64,000 bases of DNA, taken from NCBI GenBank assembly GCA_026984375.1, contig JALSSF010000064.1:88-64087 (forward strand), written 5' to 3'. The stretch comes from Methylothermaceae bacterium. Its GTDB lineage: Bacteria; Pseudomonadota; Gammaproteobacteria; Methylococcales; Methylothermaceae. Made by a program: the position numbers and the translations under genes. Shown here piece after piece: positions 42,622 through 59,309 of this stretch; positions within the stretch are counted from its first letter, which is position 1, and each line of letters starts with the position of its first letter. The notes beneath the pieces are model-generated. The model saw only the letters and a list, made by a program, of their open reading frames with translations, had not been told where the DNA came from and searched no databases.

Positions 42622-43887
42622 ATGATAACCAAGCATGCCAGCCAGCACAGGGATTTGTGTGCGGTAGACACCATTCCGGTCGCCGTCGCGCAGCGGAGCA
42701 TCCTCGAGGCCACCGAAGCGGTCACGGGCGCGGACACGGTTCCCGTGGCTGCGGCGCTGCACCGCGCCCTGGCCGAGGCGGTCGTCTCCCCCCTCGACGT
42801 GCCGGCCCACACCAACGCAGCGGTCGATGGCTTCGCCGTCCGGGGCAGCGATCTGCCCCGAGAAGGAACGGCACGGTTGCAAATCATCGGCACGGCCCTG
42901 GCCGGCAGGCCGTTTCCCTCGCCCCTGGGGGCCGGACAGGCGGTCCGTATCATGACCGGCGCTCCTTTGCCCGAAGGCGCCGATACCGTCCTGATGCAGG
43001 AACAGGTCCTGGAAAAAGACGGCCTCATCCAAATCGGGGCGCACCACCGGCGGGGGGAGAACGTGCGCCACGCCGGTGAGGACATCCACCGCGGGGAGAC
43101 CGTGCTGACGGCGGGGAAATACCTCCTGCCCCCGGATCTCGGCCTGCTCGCTTCCCTGGGCGTCGTGGAGGTGAGCGTGACCCGCCGTCTGCGGGTGGGA
43201 CTCCTGTCCAGCGGCGACGAAATCCTGCCTCCGGGGAGCTTCCACCAAACCGGTAAAATCTATGACAGCAATCGGTTCTCCCTGCGCGGCGCCGTGACGG
43301 CCCGACTGGTTGCTGAACTCGTCGATCATGGCATCGCCCCGGACGACCCCGCCACCCTGAAACGAACCTTTCAGGAGATGGCACGACGGTGCGACGTTAT
43401 TCTCTGTTCGGGCGGCGTCTCGGTCGGCAGCGCCGATTATACCAAGGAGGCGCTGGCGCAACTGGGGAGCGTCGAATTCTGGAAGGTGGCCATCAAACCC
43501 GGCCGTCCCCTGGCCTTCGGTCGCATCGGCGACTGCCTGTTCTTCGGCCTGCCGGGCAATCCGGTGGCGGTGCTGGTGACCTTCTATCAGTTCGTCCTTC
43601 CCGCCCTGTTCAAGCGCGCCGGCGTTCGCCGCCCGCCCCTGTTGCCAACCTTCCCGGCCCGCGCCCTGGAAAAGCTGCGCAAGAAACCGGGACGCACCGA
43701 ATTCCAGCGCGGCATCCTGGAGCGGGACGAGGCCGGCCGGTGGCAGGTTCGCACCACCGGCAAACAGGGTTCCGGCATCCTCAGCTCCATGAGCCGGGGC
43801 GACTGCTTCATCGTCTTGGAACACGACCGCGGTCCCGTGGAAGCGGGGGAATGGGTCGAGGTGCTACCCTTCTCGGCCTTGATGTGA
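42622..43887 (+). CDS. moeA: Molybdopterin molybdotransferase MoeA
   Basis: AVDGFAV, RIMTGA, SSGDEI, DSN, SGGVSVG, KPGRP, FGLPGNPV, QGSG. Confidence 0.95.
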   Translation: MITKHASQHRDLCAVDTIPVAVAQRSILEATEAVTGADTVPVAAALHRALAEAVVSPLDVPAHTNAAVDGFAVRGSDLPREGTARLQIIGTALAGRPFPSPLGAGQAVRIMTGAPLPEGADTVLMQEQVLEKDGLIQIGAHHRRGENVRHAGEDIHRGETVLTAGKYLLPPDLGLLASLGVVEVSVTRRLRVGLLSSGDEILPPGSFHQTGKIYDSNRFSLRGAVTARLVAELVDHGIAPDDPATLKRTFQEMARRCDVILCSGGVSVGSADYTKEALAQLGSVEFWKVAIKPGRPLAFGRIGDCLFFGLPGNPVAVLVTFYQFVLPALFKRAGVRRPPLLPTFPARALEKLRKKPGRTEFQRGILERDEAGRWQVRTTGKQGSGILSSMSRGDCFIVLEHDRGPVEAGEWVEVLPFSALM

Positions 43888-43906
43888 GATCGTTTCCAAG
43901 GATGCA

Positions 43907-44758
43907 TCAGGTATCCGTCGTCTCCTCGCCCATGGCCTGGGCGCTGAGAAGGATCTGCTCGATCTCTTCGGTGATCTCCTCCTGACGCAAGGCGTCACGG
44001 TGGATTCTGAGCCGGCCGCATTCGTCGTCGAGACGCTGCAGGGCCCCCTCCAGATGCTGGATCCGGCGCTGATGTTCGGCCAGCAGGGCGCTGTAGAACA
44101 GGGCATGGAGCACGGCGAACAGATACTGGTCGGTCAGTTCGGCGAGGAAATCCTGAGGCTCCAGGTACAGGAACGGTGCTCCCTGGATTTCCGGTGGCGG
44201 GGGCGGCAGGTCCTGAAACGGCGGCAACAGCGGGGTGGTCTCGAGGGCATGGGTCTGATGGTACAGGGCGGTGACCCGAACCGGACCGAGACGGCCCTCC
44301 CATTCGTCCAGGGCTTCGATCACCTGGTGCAAGCGCCTGGGCACTTCCTCGGCCACCTCGGCGCCGGGCAGTGCCTGGAGCACCCGTTCGTCGTCCTCCA
44401 GCCGTTCGGCCAGTCTAGCGCCGACGACCAGCAGACGGGGGCGACAAGCCATCGTGCGGCAATGGGTTTCCAGATGGGCCAGCAATCGTTCGTTGTAATC
44501 GCCGCAAAAACCGCGTTCCGAACCCACCAGGAGCAGCAGTACCGTCCCCTCCCCCATCGGTCCCGGAGCCAGATCGGGATAACCCTGGAGAAAATCCGCC
44601 GCCGCCCGCTCGATGGTGGCCACCGCCCGCCGCTGGGCATCGATGAAACGGGCCAGCTTGCGGGTTTCCATGTAGGAAAGATTCTTCATCGCCGCCATGA
44701 TGGCGCGGATTTCCGCCAGCGTGTGGAGGTGGGTTTCCACTTCGCGGCGCCTGCTCAT
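43907..44758 (-). CDS. atpG: N-type ATPase gamma subunit
   Basis: [26 protein letters not shown]. Confidence 0.9.
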   Translation of the reverse strand: MSRRREVETHLHTLAEIRAIMAAMKNLSYMETRKLARFIDAQRRAVATIERAAADFLQGYPDLAPGPMGEGTVLLLLVGSERGFCGDYNERLLAHLETHCRTMACRPRLLVVGARLAERLEDDERVLQALPGAEVAEEVPRRLHQVIEALDEWEGRLGPVRVTALYHQTHALETTPLLPPFQDLPPPPPEIQGAPFLYLEPQDFLAELTDQYLFAVLHALFYSALLAEHQRRIQHLEGALQRLDDECGRLRIHRDALRQEEITEEIEQILLSAQAMGEETTDT

Positions 44759-46221
44759 GTCAGCCACCGCTTTATGTGCTGCAGCCAGACGTCGCGGCGG
44801 TCGTCCAGCCCCAGCCCCGATGCCTTCACCCCGGCCTCGAGGCGGGCCAGTCTGGCCGGTACTTCGGCCGGTGGCAGGTCGTCGAACCACCCTTCGTTGA
44901 AGGCGATCAGCCAGGCGAGCTGGAATTCGATGGGGAGGGGATGGAGACGCTCCTGCTTGAGAATCTCGCGCAGCACCCGTCCCCGGCGCAGTTTCTTGGC
45001 CATGGTCTCCTCCAGCTTGGCACCGAAGCGGGTGAACACCTCCAGTTCCAGGAACTGCAGATAGTCCAGCTTCATGCGCCCGGCTTCCTCCTTGATGCGC
45101 GGATGCTGGGCCTTGCCGCCGATGCGCGACACCGAGCGGCCGATGTCGATGGCAGGCCGGAAGCCGGCGGCGAACAGATGGGTGTCGAGATAGATCTGGC
45201 CGTCGGTGATCGATATCAGGTTGGTGGGGATGTAGGCGGCGATTTCACCCTGCTGGGTTTCGACGATGGGAAGCGCCGTCATGCTGCCGCCGCCCTGATC
45301 GGCGGACAGCCGGGTCGAACGCTCCAGCAGGCGGGAGTGCAGATAGAAGATGTCGCCGGGATAGGCTTCCCGTCCCGGCGGGCGGCGCAGCAGCAGCGAC
45401 AGCTCCCGGTAAGTGTAGGCGTGGGTGCTGAGATCGTCATAGACGACCAGAGTGTCGCGGCCGCGGCGCGTCCAGTATTCGGCGATGGCGCAACCGGCCA
45501 TGGGAGCCAGGTATTTCAGCCCCGGCAGGGCGAAGGCCTCCCCCACCACCACCGTGGTGTAGTCCATGGCACCGTACCTTCTCAGCGTCTCGATGGTGGA
45601 GACCACGGCGGAACGCTTCTGGCCGATGAGGACATAGACGCACAGGACCCCCTGCCCCTTCTGGTGGATCACGGTATCGACGGCCAGCGAACTGCGTCCG
45701 GTACCCTCGTCACCGATGATGAGCTGACGCTGGCCGCGGCCGATGGGAATCATGGTGTCGACGATCTTGCAGCCGGTGTAAAGCGGTTGCCGGACGAAAT
45801 CACGCTCGACGATCGGCGGCGACGGGGTATCCAGGGAACGGCGCCGGGTACAGGCGGGCGGCTCCAGCCCGTCGAGAGGATTGCCCAGCGGATCCACCAC
45901 CCGCCCGATCAGCGCGTCACCGACCGGGATGCTGAGGAGGCGGCCGCTGCGGTGAACCACGGTACCGGCGGTCAGGCGCTCAGTCTCTTCCAGCAGGATC
46001 GCCCCCAGGCGCCGCCGGCCGAGGGCGAAGACCACCCCGGTGCTGCCGTCTTCGAAATCGAGGAGATCGTCCATCGCCGCCGAGGGCAGCCCCTCGATCC
46101 AGGCGATGCCGTCCCCCACGGACAGCACCCGCCCCTGTTCTTGCACGCGCGGCTGCATCCGGTAGCGCATCAGGTGCTGTCGCAGTTCCTCCAGCAAACG
46201 GGGCTCAGAGGGCTTGACCAT
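44755..46221 (-). CDS. atpA: N-type ATPase alpha subunit
   Basis: [45 protein letters not shown]. Confidence 0.95.
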   Translation of the reverse strand: MVKPSEPRLLEELRQHLMRYRMQPRVQEQGRVLSVGDGIAWIEGLPSAAMDDLLDFEDGSTGVVFALGRRRLGAILLEETERLTAGTVVHRSGRLLSIPVGDALIGRVVDPLGNPLDGLEPPACTRRRSLDTPSPPIVERDFVRQPLYTGCKIVDTMIPIGRGQRQLIIGDEGTGRSSLAVDTVIHQKGQGVLCVYVLIGQKRSAVVSTIETLRRYGAMDYTTVVVGEAFALPGLKYLAPMAGCAIAEYWTRRGRDTLVVYDDLSTHAYTYRELSLLLRRPPGREAYPGDIFYLHSRLLERSTRLSADQGGGSMTALPIVETQQGEIAAYIPTNLISITDGQIYLDTHLFAAGFRPAIDIGRSVSRIGGKAQHPRIKEEAGRMKLDYLQFLELEVFTRFGAKLEETMAKKLRRGRVLREILKQERLHPLPIEFQLAWLIAFNEGWFDDLPPAEVPARLARLEAGVKASGLGLDDRRDVWLQHIKRWLT

Positions 46222-46945
46222 GGGCGAAAAATTGCAGTTCGTCGTGCAGATTGGCGCGGATCACGTACGATCCCAGATCGATGCGGATGCCGGCCAGCAG
46301 GTCCGGATCGACGGTAAAATCGATGCCGACCGGGGTTTGCAAGACCCAGGAGAGGACTTGATCGAGTTTCCGCCGTTCCTCGTCGGTCAAGGGATAGGCG
46401 CTCACCCCCCGGATTCGGCCGGCGCCGGTGATGGCGGTGCGAATGCGTTCCTGTTCGGAACCGGGCAGCTTTTCCAGATCCGTCACCAACAAATCCACCA
46501 GGCGATGATGCAGATGTTCGTCCGCCAGGCGTTCGAGCAGGCGAGCGACGAAGGCAGCCCCCAGGTTCAGGACCTGTTCTTCGGCGTGGCGCTGCCACTC
46601 CCGTCTTTCCTGCTGCCACACCGCCTCGGCCTTGCGTCTTTCTTCCTCCAGTTCCTGGCTCAGGGACTGCAGCCACCGTTGGCGTTCGGCCTCCAGTTCC
46701 TGGCGCAGCCGCTCCCAGGCCTGCTTTTTCTCCGTTTCCCACGCCGCCAGGCGGTTTTGGTAACGCTGTTTCACGGCCTCGGCCTCCCGCCGGGCCTGTT
46801 CGGCCTCGGCCAGCTGGGCCTCGACTTCCTGACGGCGACGCTCGATCATGGATTTGACCGGACGGTAAAGGAAGCGCTTGAGCAGCCAGACCAGAACCAG
46901 GAAATTGACGATTTCCAGGACGAAGGTGGTCCACTCGATGCCCAT
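46205..46945 (-). CDS. atpF: N-type ATPase b subunit (b-delta-like)
   Basis: [24 protein letters not shown]; C-terminal delta-like DP.LLAGI. Confidence 0.9.
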   Translation of the reverse strand: MGIEWTTFVLEIVNFLVLVWLLKRFLYRPVKSMIERRRQEVEAQLAEAEQARREAEAVKQRYQNRLAAWETEKKQAWERLRQELEAERQRWLQSLSQELEEERRKAEAVWQQERREWQRHAEEQVLNLGAAFVARLLERLADEHLHHRLVDLLVTDLEKLPGSEQERIRTAITGAGRIRGVSAYPLTDEERRKLDQVLSWVLQTPVGIDFTVDPDLLAGIRIDLGSYVIRANLHDELQFFAHGQAL

Positions 46946-47220
46946 CAGCCGCCCTGCAGCACGTAAGCCAACAACGGATTGCGGAACAGGATGATGAGGA
47001 TGATCACCAGACAGTAGATGGCCAGGGACTCGATCATCGCCAGGCCGATGAAGAGAGTGCGCATCAGGATACGCTCCGCCTCCGGCTGGCGCGCCAGGGC
47101 GTCGAGGGCCTGGGCGATGGCCCGCCCCATGCCGATTCCGGGACCCAACACGCCGATGCCGATGCCGAGGGCCGCCGCCACCGTGGAACCCAGGACGATC
47201 CAGCTGATGTCGTGTGTCAT
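46945..47220 (-). CDS. atpE: N-type ATPase c subunit
   Basis: GxGxGxG helix, ARQPEA loop, [14 protein letters not shown]. Confidence 0.93.
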   Translation of the reverse strand: MTHDISWIVLGSTVAAALGIGIGVLGPGIGMGRAIAQALDALARQPEAERILMRTLFIGLAMIESLAIYCLVIILIILFRNPLLAYVLQGG

Positions 47221-47903
47221 CGGGTTTCTCCTCTCGCTTTGACTTCGTGGGCCTGAATGCCCCCGGCAATATACACCAATGCCAGCATGCCGAAGATATA
47301 GGCCTGTACCAGCGCTTCCACCACGTGGAGCATCAGCACCGGCACCGGCACCAGAAATCCGGCCAGCATCAGCACGATCAGGGCCACCAGATCCAGACTC
47401 ATCATGTTGCCGAACAGGCGCACCGCCAGGGCCACGGTGCGGGTGATCTCGCTCACCAGATGAAAAGGGAGCAGGAACGGAAAAGGCTGCAGGTAATGGC
47501 GCAGATAAGCTTTCAGCCCTTGGATGCGGATGCCGAACCAATGCACCGACAGAAACACCAGCAGGGCCAGGGCCGAAGTGATGGACAGGTCGCGGGTGGG
47601 CGACTGCAGTCCCGGAATCAGGCCGATGAGATTGGCAGTCAGCAGGAACCACCATAATCCCATGATGAAGGGCGCGATCCGGTCCACATGGCGGGGCACC
47701 AGATCGCGCACCGCATTTTCCATCGCCAGCACCGCACCTTCCACCGCGGTCTGAACCGGCCCCGGATGCAGGCGCAGGTGGCGGGTCAGCCACCAACCGG
47801 TCAACCACAGAACCAGAGTCAAGGCCACCGAAGTCGCCAGGGTGTCGGTGATCTTCAGCGGACCGAGGGTCCAGAGCACCTGCGGGAAGATCTCCCCTTC
47901 CAT
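47217..47903 (-). CDS. atpB: N-type ATPase a subunit
   Basis: [30 protein letters not shown]. Confidence 0.92.
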   Translation of the reverse strand: MEGEIFPQVLWTLGPLKITDTLATSVALTLVLWLTGWWLTRHLRLHPGPVQTAVEGAVLAMENAVRDLVPRHVDRIAPFIMGLWWFLLTANLIGLIPGLQSPTRDLSITSALALLVFLSVHWFGIRIQGLKAYLRHYLQPFPFLLPFHLVSEITRTVALAVRLFGNMMSLDLVALIVLMLAGFLVPVPVLMLHVVEALVQAYIFGMLALVYIAGGIQAHEVKARGETR

Positions 47904-47904
47904 C

Positions 47905-48184
47905 TCACTCCCCGCGAAACAGCAGCCAGACGTTGACGATGCCGATGGCCAATCCCACCAGGATCAGGCTCAGGGTCCACTGGATCGAATAGCCCGGCAT
48001 CAGGCTGTCGATCCAACGCCCCAGATAGGCCCCGGCCACCGGCGGCAACACCAGCACCAGCCCGGCGGTTCCCAAATAGGCCAACTGGGCCAGCAACCGG
48101 TGCTCCTCCTCGGCGGCGCGGCGGAGGTTCCGCACCTGGCGGCGGACGATCTCGGGCCAGCGGGCCAGATCCGGACGCCTTTCC

Positions 48185-48192
<8 letters not shown>
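47905..48192 (-). CDS. atpQ: N-ATPase AtpQ (AtpZ/AtpI-like) membrane protein
   Basis: [12 protein letters not shown]...W...L..VG..IG..N.W; start approximate. Confidence 0.75.
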
Positions 48193-49992
<1,800 letters not shown>

Positions 49993-50193
49993 TCAATCCA
50001 TCAACTGATACTCGATCTTTCGAGCATCGGACACCCGCTTGGAAGCATCGAGGATTTCGATGGCGATCAGTTGCCCGGTTTCGTCATAATCCAGGATCAC
50101 CCCGGGTCTGTCCTCCTCGCTCTCCGCCACCTGGCATCCTTCTTTGAGGAGGATCGACAGGGAGTCGGTGCGGGGATCATAGGTCACTTTCAT
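49993..50193 (-). CDS. DUF2283-family putative antitoxin
   Basis: MKV.YD...DSL.I...GVILDYD..G.LI.IEILDAS. Confidence 0.85.
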   Translation of the reverse strand: MKVTYDPRTDSLSILLKEGCQVAESEEDRPGVILDYDETGQLIAIEILDASKRVSDARKIEYQLMD

Positions 50194-50461
50194 CGTGTCT
50201 CCAATATTTGTTTACCTTGCTGGTCCGATAGACCGTCACCACTTCGGCAGGATTCCGGTCCACATCCACAATTACCCGCACCAGATAGCGCTTGCCCTCC
50301 ATTTTCACCCGAGATTGGAAAATATCCCGCCCCGGTCTGACGGTTTCCCGCTGCTCCGGTGCGGCCAAAATCCGGCGCACGAGCGACTCGGCAATCCCCC
50401 GTCGCGCCATCTCGAAGCGGGCATGAGCGGTCAAAATCCAGTCGGCAACCAGCTCAGCCAT
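50177..50461 (-). CDS. DUF4258-family putative RelE-like toxin
   Basis: LT.HA...M.RRGI...VRVIV...VVTVY; overlaps the DUF2283 gene. Confidence 0.8.
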   Translation of the reverse strand: MAELVADWILTAHARFEMARRGIAESLVRRILAAPEQRETVRPGRDIFQSRVKMEGKRYLVRVIVDVDRNPAEVVTVYRTSKVNKYWRHDESDL

Positions 50462-51905
50462 GCACCAGCGCCGGTTCCTCCTCCAGGGTTTCCGCCGTCC
50501 GGGTCTCGTGCCTGCCGATGGTCAGAAGATCCCACACCAACAGGACGAAACCGGCCAAAGTCACCCAGCCGAACGCCATGCGCCAGGCCATGGATTCCAC
50601 GAACCAGGGATGGGTCTGGGCGGCGAAGTAGGCACTCCAGGTGGAACCACCCTGGGCCCGTTCAATGAAGGACTGCTCGTAACCGGCGATCAACAGAGCG
50701 ACGGTCATCCCCAGCACCCCGACGCTGAGCAGCCCCAGGGCCCATTTCCAACGCCAGCCGCCGGCCAGGCCGGCCCCCATCCAGACGTTGCCGCGCCACT
50801 GCTGCACCGCCAGGTAGAAGAAGGCGATGTTGATGGTGGCGTAGGCGCCGAAAAAGGCCAGATGGCCGTGGGACGGCGTCCACTGGGTGCCGTGGGTGAA
50901 TAGATTGATCTGCGGCAGGGTGTGCATGAAACCCCAGACTCCGGCGCCGAGAAAGTTGCCGAAGGCGTGGGCGATGACCCAGGCCAGGGCCGGATGATTG
51001 CGGTTCTTCAGACGATGGACCCCGGCGTCGTAGATGGAATGGACCACCATCGCCACCAGAGGGATCGGTTCCAGGGCGGAGAAGAAACCGCCGATGGCGA
51101 GCCAATATTCCGGCGCTCCGATCCAGAAGTAATGATGGCCCAGCCCCAGGATGCCGGAGCCGAACATCAGGGCCACCTCGATGTAGAGCCAGGTTTCCAC
51201 GATCCGGCGCCGCACCCCGAGCAGGTGCATCAGGGCCCAGGCCATGATGCAGCCCACCAGTACCTCCCAGGTGGCCTCCACCCACAGGTGCACCACCCAC
51301 CACCACCAGTACTGATCGACGCTGATGTTGGTGACGTAGAACATCCCCGCCAGATACAGCCCGGCCAGGGCCACCAGGTCCAGGGTCAGGACGCCAGCGA
51401 TGCCGGACCATCTTCCCTTCGTGAAGGTGGCAGCGACGTTGTAGAAGAAGACCCCCATCACCACCACGATGCCGATGTCGGCCCAGCGCGGCGCCTCGAT
51501 ATACTCGCGCCCCTCGTTGACGAACCAGCGGGTGAAATCGTCACCGGGGCCGGTCTGCACCAGCAGATAGACCGCCACCACCACGGTCACCGCCAAGGTC
51601 AACAGCCAGAAGGCGAGATGGCCCAGGCGGAGACCGACGATCGTCCGGCCGCTCTCTTCCTCCAGGAACCAGTAGACCGAACCGATGAAGCCGTACAGCA
51701 TCCACACGATCATGGCGTTGATGTGGACCATGCGGTTGACGTTGAAGTCGAGGACGCCGCGGAGGAAATCCGGGTGCAGATACTGGGCCGCCGCCAGCAG
51801 GCCGAACGCCAACTGGGCGAAGAACAGGATGACCGCGACGTTGAAATACTTGACCGCCAGCTTCTGGCCGCCGTTGAGATGAGCGCCGTCCAAGGTTCTG
51901 ACCAT
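50454..51905 (-). CDS. norB: Nitric oxide reductase large subunit (cNOR)
   Basis: GREYIE.PR, WWVVHLWVE..WE, GLGHHYFW, HGHLAFFGAY. Confidence 0.92.
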   Translation of the reverse strand: MVRTLDGAHLNGGQKLAVKYFNVAVILFFAQLAFGLLAAAQYLHPDFLRGVLDFNVNRMVHINAMIVWMLYGFIGSVYWFLEEESGRTIVGLRLGHLAFWLLTLAVTVVVAVYLLVQTGPGDDFTRWFVNEGREYIEAPRWADIGIVVVMGVFFYNVAATFTKGRWSGIAGVLTLDLVALAGLYLAGMFYVTNISVDQYWWWWVVHLWVEATWEVLVGCIMAWALMHLLGVRRRIVETWLYIEVALMFGSGILGLGHHYFWIGAPEYWLAIGGFFSALEPIPLVAMVVHSIYDAGVHRLKNRNHPALAWVIAHAFGNFLGAGVWGFMHTLPQINLFTHGTQWTPSHGHLAFFGAYATINIAFFYLAVQQWRGNVWMGAGLAGGWRWKWALGLLSVGVLGMTVALLIAGYEQSFIERAQGGSTWSAYFAAQTHPWFVESMAWRMAFGWVTLAGFVLLVWDLLTIGRHETRTAETLEEEPALVHG

Positions 51906-52505
51906 TTATCCACCCTCCGCGGTTCGGAAATTGTAGGGAAAGCCGTTGGTATCGATGGCCGACATCCACTTGAGGAAGGCGATGATGCCCTCGGCTTCTT
52001 TTTCCGTGATTCCCAGGTCGGGCATCTTGCGCCCGGTGCCGTAGGTACGGGCGTTGCCCTCCGGATCCATCAGAAACAGCTTCATCAGCAACGGCCGGGC
52101 GCTTTCCGGGCCCCAGGCCGGATCGAGCCAGGCCTTGGTCAGGTCCGGGGCGTAATAGGCGCCGTTGCCCAGCAGGGTGTGGCAGTTCATGCAGTTCTTG
52201 GCCTGGATGGTCTTCTTGCCCAGGGTCACCAGCCGCTCGGCCTCCTCGGTCGACAACACTTTGCCGAACAGCGGCGCCTCACCCCCGATCACCGGCATGA
52301 AACGGCGCTTTTGGTCGTCGTAACGGTAATCGATGTGCCGGTTGATCACGGTATAATCCGGCACCCGGGCGCTGCCGGCCACCATCTTGGCCATGGTGTC
52401 GAAGGTCAGGCCGATCAACAGCAAGAATGATGCCGCCGTCACCCAGATGGCGGTCTTCTTCCAGAATCCGGTAGAAGCCCACCAGGGCGTCGATGCCGTG
52501 TTCAT
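51906..52505 (-). CDS. norC: Nitric oxide reductase cytochrome c subunit
   Basis: N-terminal TM; CMNCHTLLGNGAYYAPDLT; DTNGFP. Confidence 0.92.
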   Translation of the reverse strand: MNTASTPWWASTGFWKKTAIWVTAASFLLLIGLTFDTMAKMVAGSARVPDYTVINRHIDYRYDDQKRRFMPVIGGEAPLFGKVLSTEEAERLVTLGKKTIQAKNCMNCHTLLGNGAYYAPDLTKAWLDPAWGPESARPLLMKLFLMDPEGNARTYGTGRKMPDLGITEKEAEGIIAFLKWMSAIDTNGFPYNFRTAEGG

Positions 52506-52810
52506 GTTCTCCCCTCCCCTTCATGGGTCGCCACACACAGGCGCCAGATCAAGACCGGCGCCACCCCGTAACCGACCAGCAGCAGCCCCACCAGCACCTG
52601 CCAGTACCCGGTCAGATTCGCCAACCACCCCAGAGTCAGCACTGCCGCCGCCAGCACCCCGTAAGCCAGCCAGGCTCCCCGCAACAGACCGCGCCGGCGG
52701 TACAGACGGGCGAAGGCGTAAAGCAGGGCGTAACCCAGCGCGGCCACGATCACCGCCGCCGCGGTGAAGAAAAACAGGAAGAAATGCGCCAGTTCGACCG
52801 GTTCGATCAT
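52502..52810 (-). CDS. Small integral membrane protein
   Basis: Three hydrophobic segments; ATGA-coupled to norC. Confidence 0.7.
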   Translation of the reverse strand: MIEPVELAHFFLFFFTAAAVIVAALGYALLYAFARLYRRRGLLRGAWLAYGVLAAAVLTLGWLANLTGYWQVLVGLLLVGYGVAPVLIWRLCVATHEGEGRT

Positions 52811-53484
52811 GAAGCCATTCTACCCCGCTCCGCGGCGGCGGTTTTGATCCGGGTAAAGATTTCCACCCGCCACAGCCCGGTGAAGGCGCGATACGCCAAG
52901 CCCATCCCGCATTCCGACAGCCAGCGCGCCACATCCGCCGGATCGTGCAGCCAGGTGCGGAAATCGCTGCCGATCCCGGCCAGGCAAGCGTTGAACAGGG
53001 CGTGAAGCGCGCGGCTGAAAGGATGGGTCCTGGGATAGACCAGGGCCAACGCCCGCCGGCTCTTGGCGGCGGCCTTGGCCAACAGGGCCTCGGCGTCCGG
53101 ATAGCAGCAGATCACTTTGTCGAGAATGACGATGTCGGCCGGCTCGATCGCCGGGGCCAGGTCGAGAAAATCCCCGACCTGATAACGCACCCGCTGCGCC
53201 AGCCCCTGCTGCCGGGCCAGCCGGTGGGCCTGAGCCACCATCTCCGGGGAAAGGTCCACACCGACGGCGGTCCCCGCCCCGTGGCGCAGCAACCACTGGT
53301 GCAACCAGCCGACGCCGCAACCGATTTCGAGCAGACTGGCACCGCGGTAACCGATCCCGGCGAGACCGGCGACCAAGTGCCGCTGGGAGCGTTCCAGACC
53401 CAGCCAGCGGTAACGCCAGCGATACCAGCGCGCCAACCGGGAAAAGACGCCGGCGGCGGCCCGGGCATGGAAGCAACACCACAT
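52807..53484 (-). CDS. Class I SAM-dependent methyltransferase (BchM-like)
   Basis: LLEIGCGVG, GVDLS..MV, GDF, LDKVICCYPD. Confidence 0.85.
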   Translation of the reverse strand: MWCCFHARAAAGVFSRLARWYRWRYRWLGLERSQRHLVAGLAGIGYRGASLLEIGCGVGWLHQWLLRHGAGTAVGVDLSPEMVAQAHRLARQQGLAQRVRYQVGDFLDLAPAIEPADIVILDKVICCYPDAEALLAKAAAKSRRALALVYPRTHPFSRALHALFNACLAGIGSDFRTWLHDPADVARWLSECGMGLAYRAFTGLWRVEIFTRIKTAAAERGRMAS

Positions 53485-53535
53485 ACGGCCTCCCGCGCCA
53501 TCGCAATCCGATCGACCTTAGATTACCATGAAGCC

Positions 53536-54557
<1,022 letters not shown>

Positions 54558-54603
54558 AACTGGACTATGCTTGTGTTGAAAAAACCAAACGGGGATCAGG
54601 CCG

Positions 54604-57406
<2,803 letters not shown>

Positions 57407-57417
<11 letters not shown>

Positions 57418-59254
57418 ATTCGACTTCGAAGAGCTGAAAGCGGCCGACCGGTTTCCCTCCCCGCCGGGCGTCGCCCTCGCCGTCCTGCAGTTGGTGGAAC
57501 AGGAAGACAGCGACCTCGAAGAGCTCGCCCGCCTGATCCAGGCCGACCCCGCCCTCAGCGCCCGGCTGCTGCGCTTCGTCAATTCCCCCGCCATCGCGCC
57601 GCGCCGTCCCATCGTCGCGGTCAAGGACGCCGTCGGCCGCATCGGCATGAACGGGGTGCGCAACCTGGTGCTGGGCCTGTCCCTGGTGGGCCACTACCGC
57701 ACCGGCAAGTGCGAGGGTTTCGATTATCAGCGTTTCTGGGCCGGTTCCCTGGCCTTGGGGGTAGCCGCCTCCCTGCTGGTCGGCCACATGCGCCTGGCGG
57801 CGGCGGAGGAAATCTTCACCGTCGGCCTGCTGGGGGACATCGGCCGTCTGGCCCTGGCCACCGCCTGGCCCAAGCCGTACAGCGAATGTCTCCAGGCAGC
57901 CGGGGACGATCCCGAGGCCCTGATCACCCTGGAACGGAGCCGGTTCGCCGTCGATCACCGACAGCTCACCACCCTGCTGCTGGAGGACTGGCACCTGCCC
58001 GAAGTCTTCATCGACGCCCTGGCGCGCAGCCGGGAAAAACCGATCGAGGGGGACAACCGCCCGGCGCGCCTGGCCCGCCTGTTCCGGGCCGCTTCGGTGA
58101 TCGGCCACTGGTGTCTGACGCCAGAAGACCGGCGCGCATCCCTGTCCGATCACCCCGCCATCACCGCGCTGGACCTGGACCTCGACTGGGAGGAATTTCC
58201 GGTTCAGGTGGAGAAGGAATGGCACGACTGGGGCAAGTTGATCGAAATTCCCACCCGCTTTCCCAAACGCCGGGCCGATACCCCCCCCAAGAAACCGGCG
58301 GAAATGCCGCTGCCGGGGCTCGACATCCTGCTGGTCGACGACGACGCCATGCTGTTGCTGCGTCTGGCCAAACAACTCGGCAAGGCCGGACACCGGGTCG
58401 CCACCTGCAAGGACGGCAAATCGGCCCTGGAAACGATCCTCAAAGAACCGCCCCAAGTGGTCATCACCGACTGGCACATGGAACCCATGGACGGGCTGAC
58501 CCTGTGCCGGGCCCTGCGGGATTCCCCCATCGGCGACCAGTTGTTCCTCATCATGCTCACCGCCAGCGAGAGCGAGGACGATCTGGTCCGGGCCTTCGAC
58601 GCCGGCATCGACGATTACGTCACCAAACCGGTCTCGCTCCGGGTATTGCTGGCCCGCATCCGCGCCGCCCAGCGCATCGTCAGCCTGACCGAGGCCCTCA
58701 ACGCGGAACACGCCAAACTGGAACAGCGGGCCCAGGAACTGGCGCTGATGAACCGCAAGCTAGCCCAGATCGCCAACACCGATCTGCTCACCGGCCTGCC
58801 CAACCGCCGCTACGCCCTCAAGCGTCTGGAGCAGGAACTGTTGGAAAGCCGCCGCAGCAGCCTGTCCCTGAGCGTGCTGCTGGTGGATCTGGACCACTTC
58901 AAACACATCAACGACCGCTACGGCCATGACGTCGGCGACCGGGTGCTGGCCCACGCGGCCGGCGTCATGCGCCGGACCGTCCGCGGCAGCGACATCGTCT
59001 GCCGCTTCGGCGGCGAGGAATTCCTCGTCGTCGCCCCCAACACCGACCTCAAGGCGGCGATCCAGCTGGGGGAACGGATCCGCACCGCCCTGGAACGCAC
59101 GCCCCCCAAGGAATTGCAGCATCCGGTCACCGCCTCCATCGGTGTAGCGACCGCCCGTCCCGGTGACGGCGAAGCCAAACTGCTGCGCCGCGCCGACGAG
59201 GCCTTGTACGAAAGCAAGGGTGCCGGCCGCAACCGGGTCATGGCGGCGGCGTAA
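57407..59254 (+). CDS. HDOD-REC-GGDEF diguanylate cyclase
   Basis: [12 protein letters not shown] (HDOD), TDWHMEP (REC), D.LTGL.NRR, DLDHFK, RFGGEEF. Confidence 0.93.
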
Positions 59255-59285
59255 AAAGGCGGCGGATCCGGGATCCGCCGCCTTT
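59255..59285. terminator. Bidirectional intrinsic terminator between convergent genes
   Basis: AAAGGCGGCGGATC-cgg-GATCCGCCGCCTTT. Confidence 0.85.
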
Positions 59286-59309
59286 CACGTTCCGGGCACG
59301 GGAGAGCCC

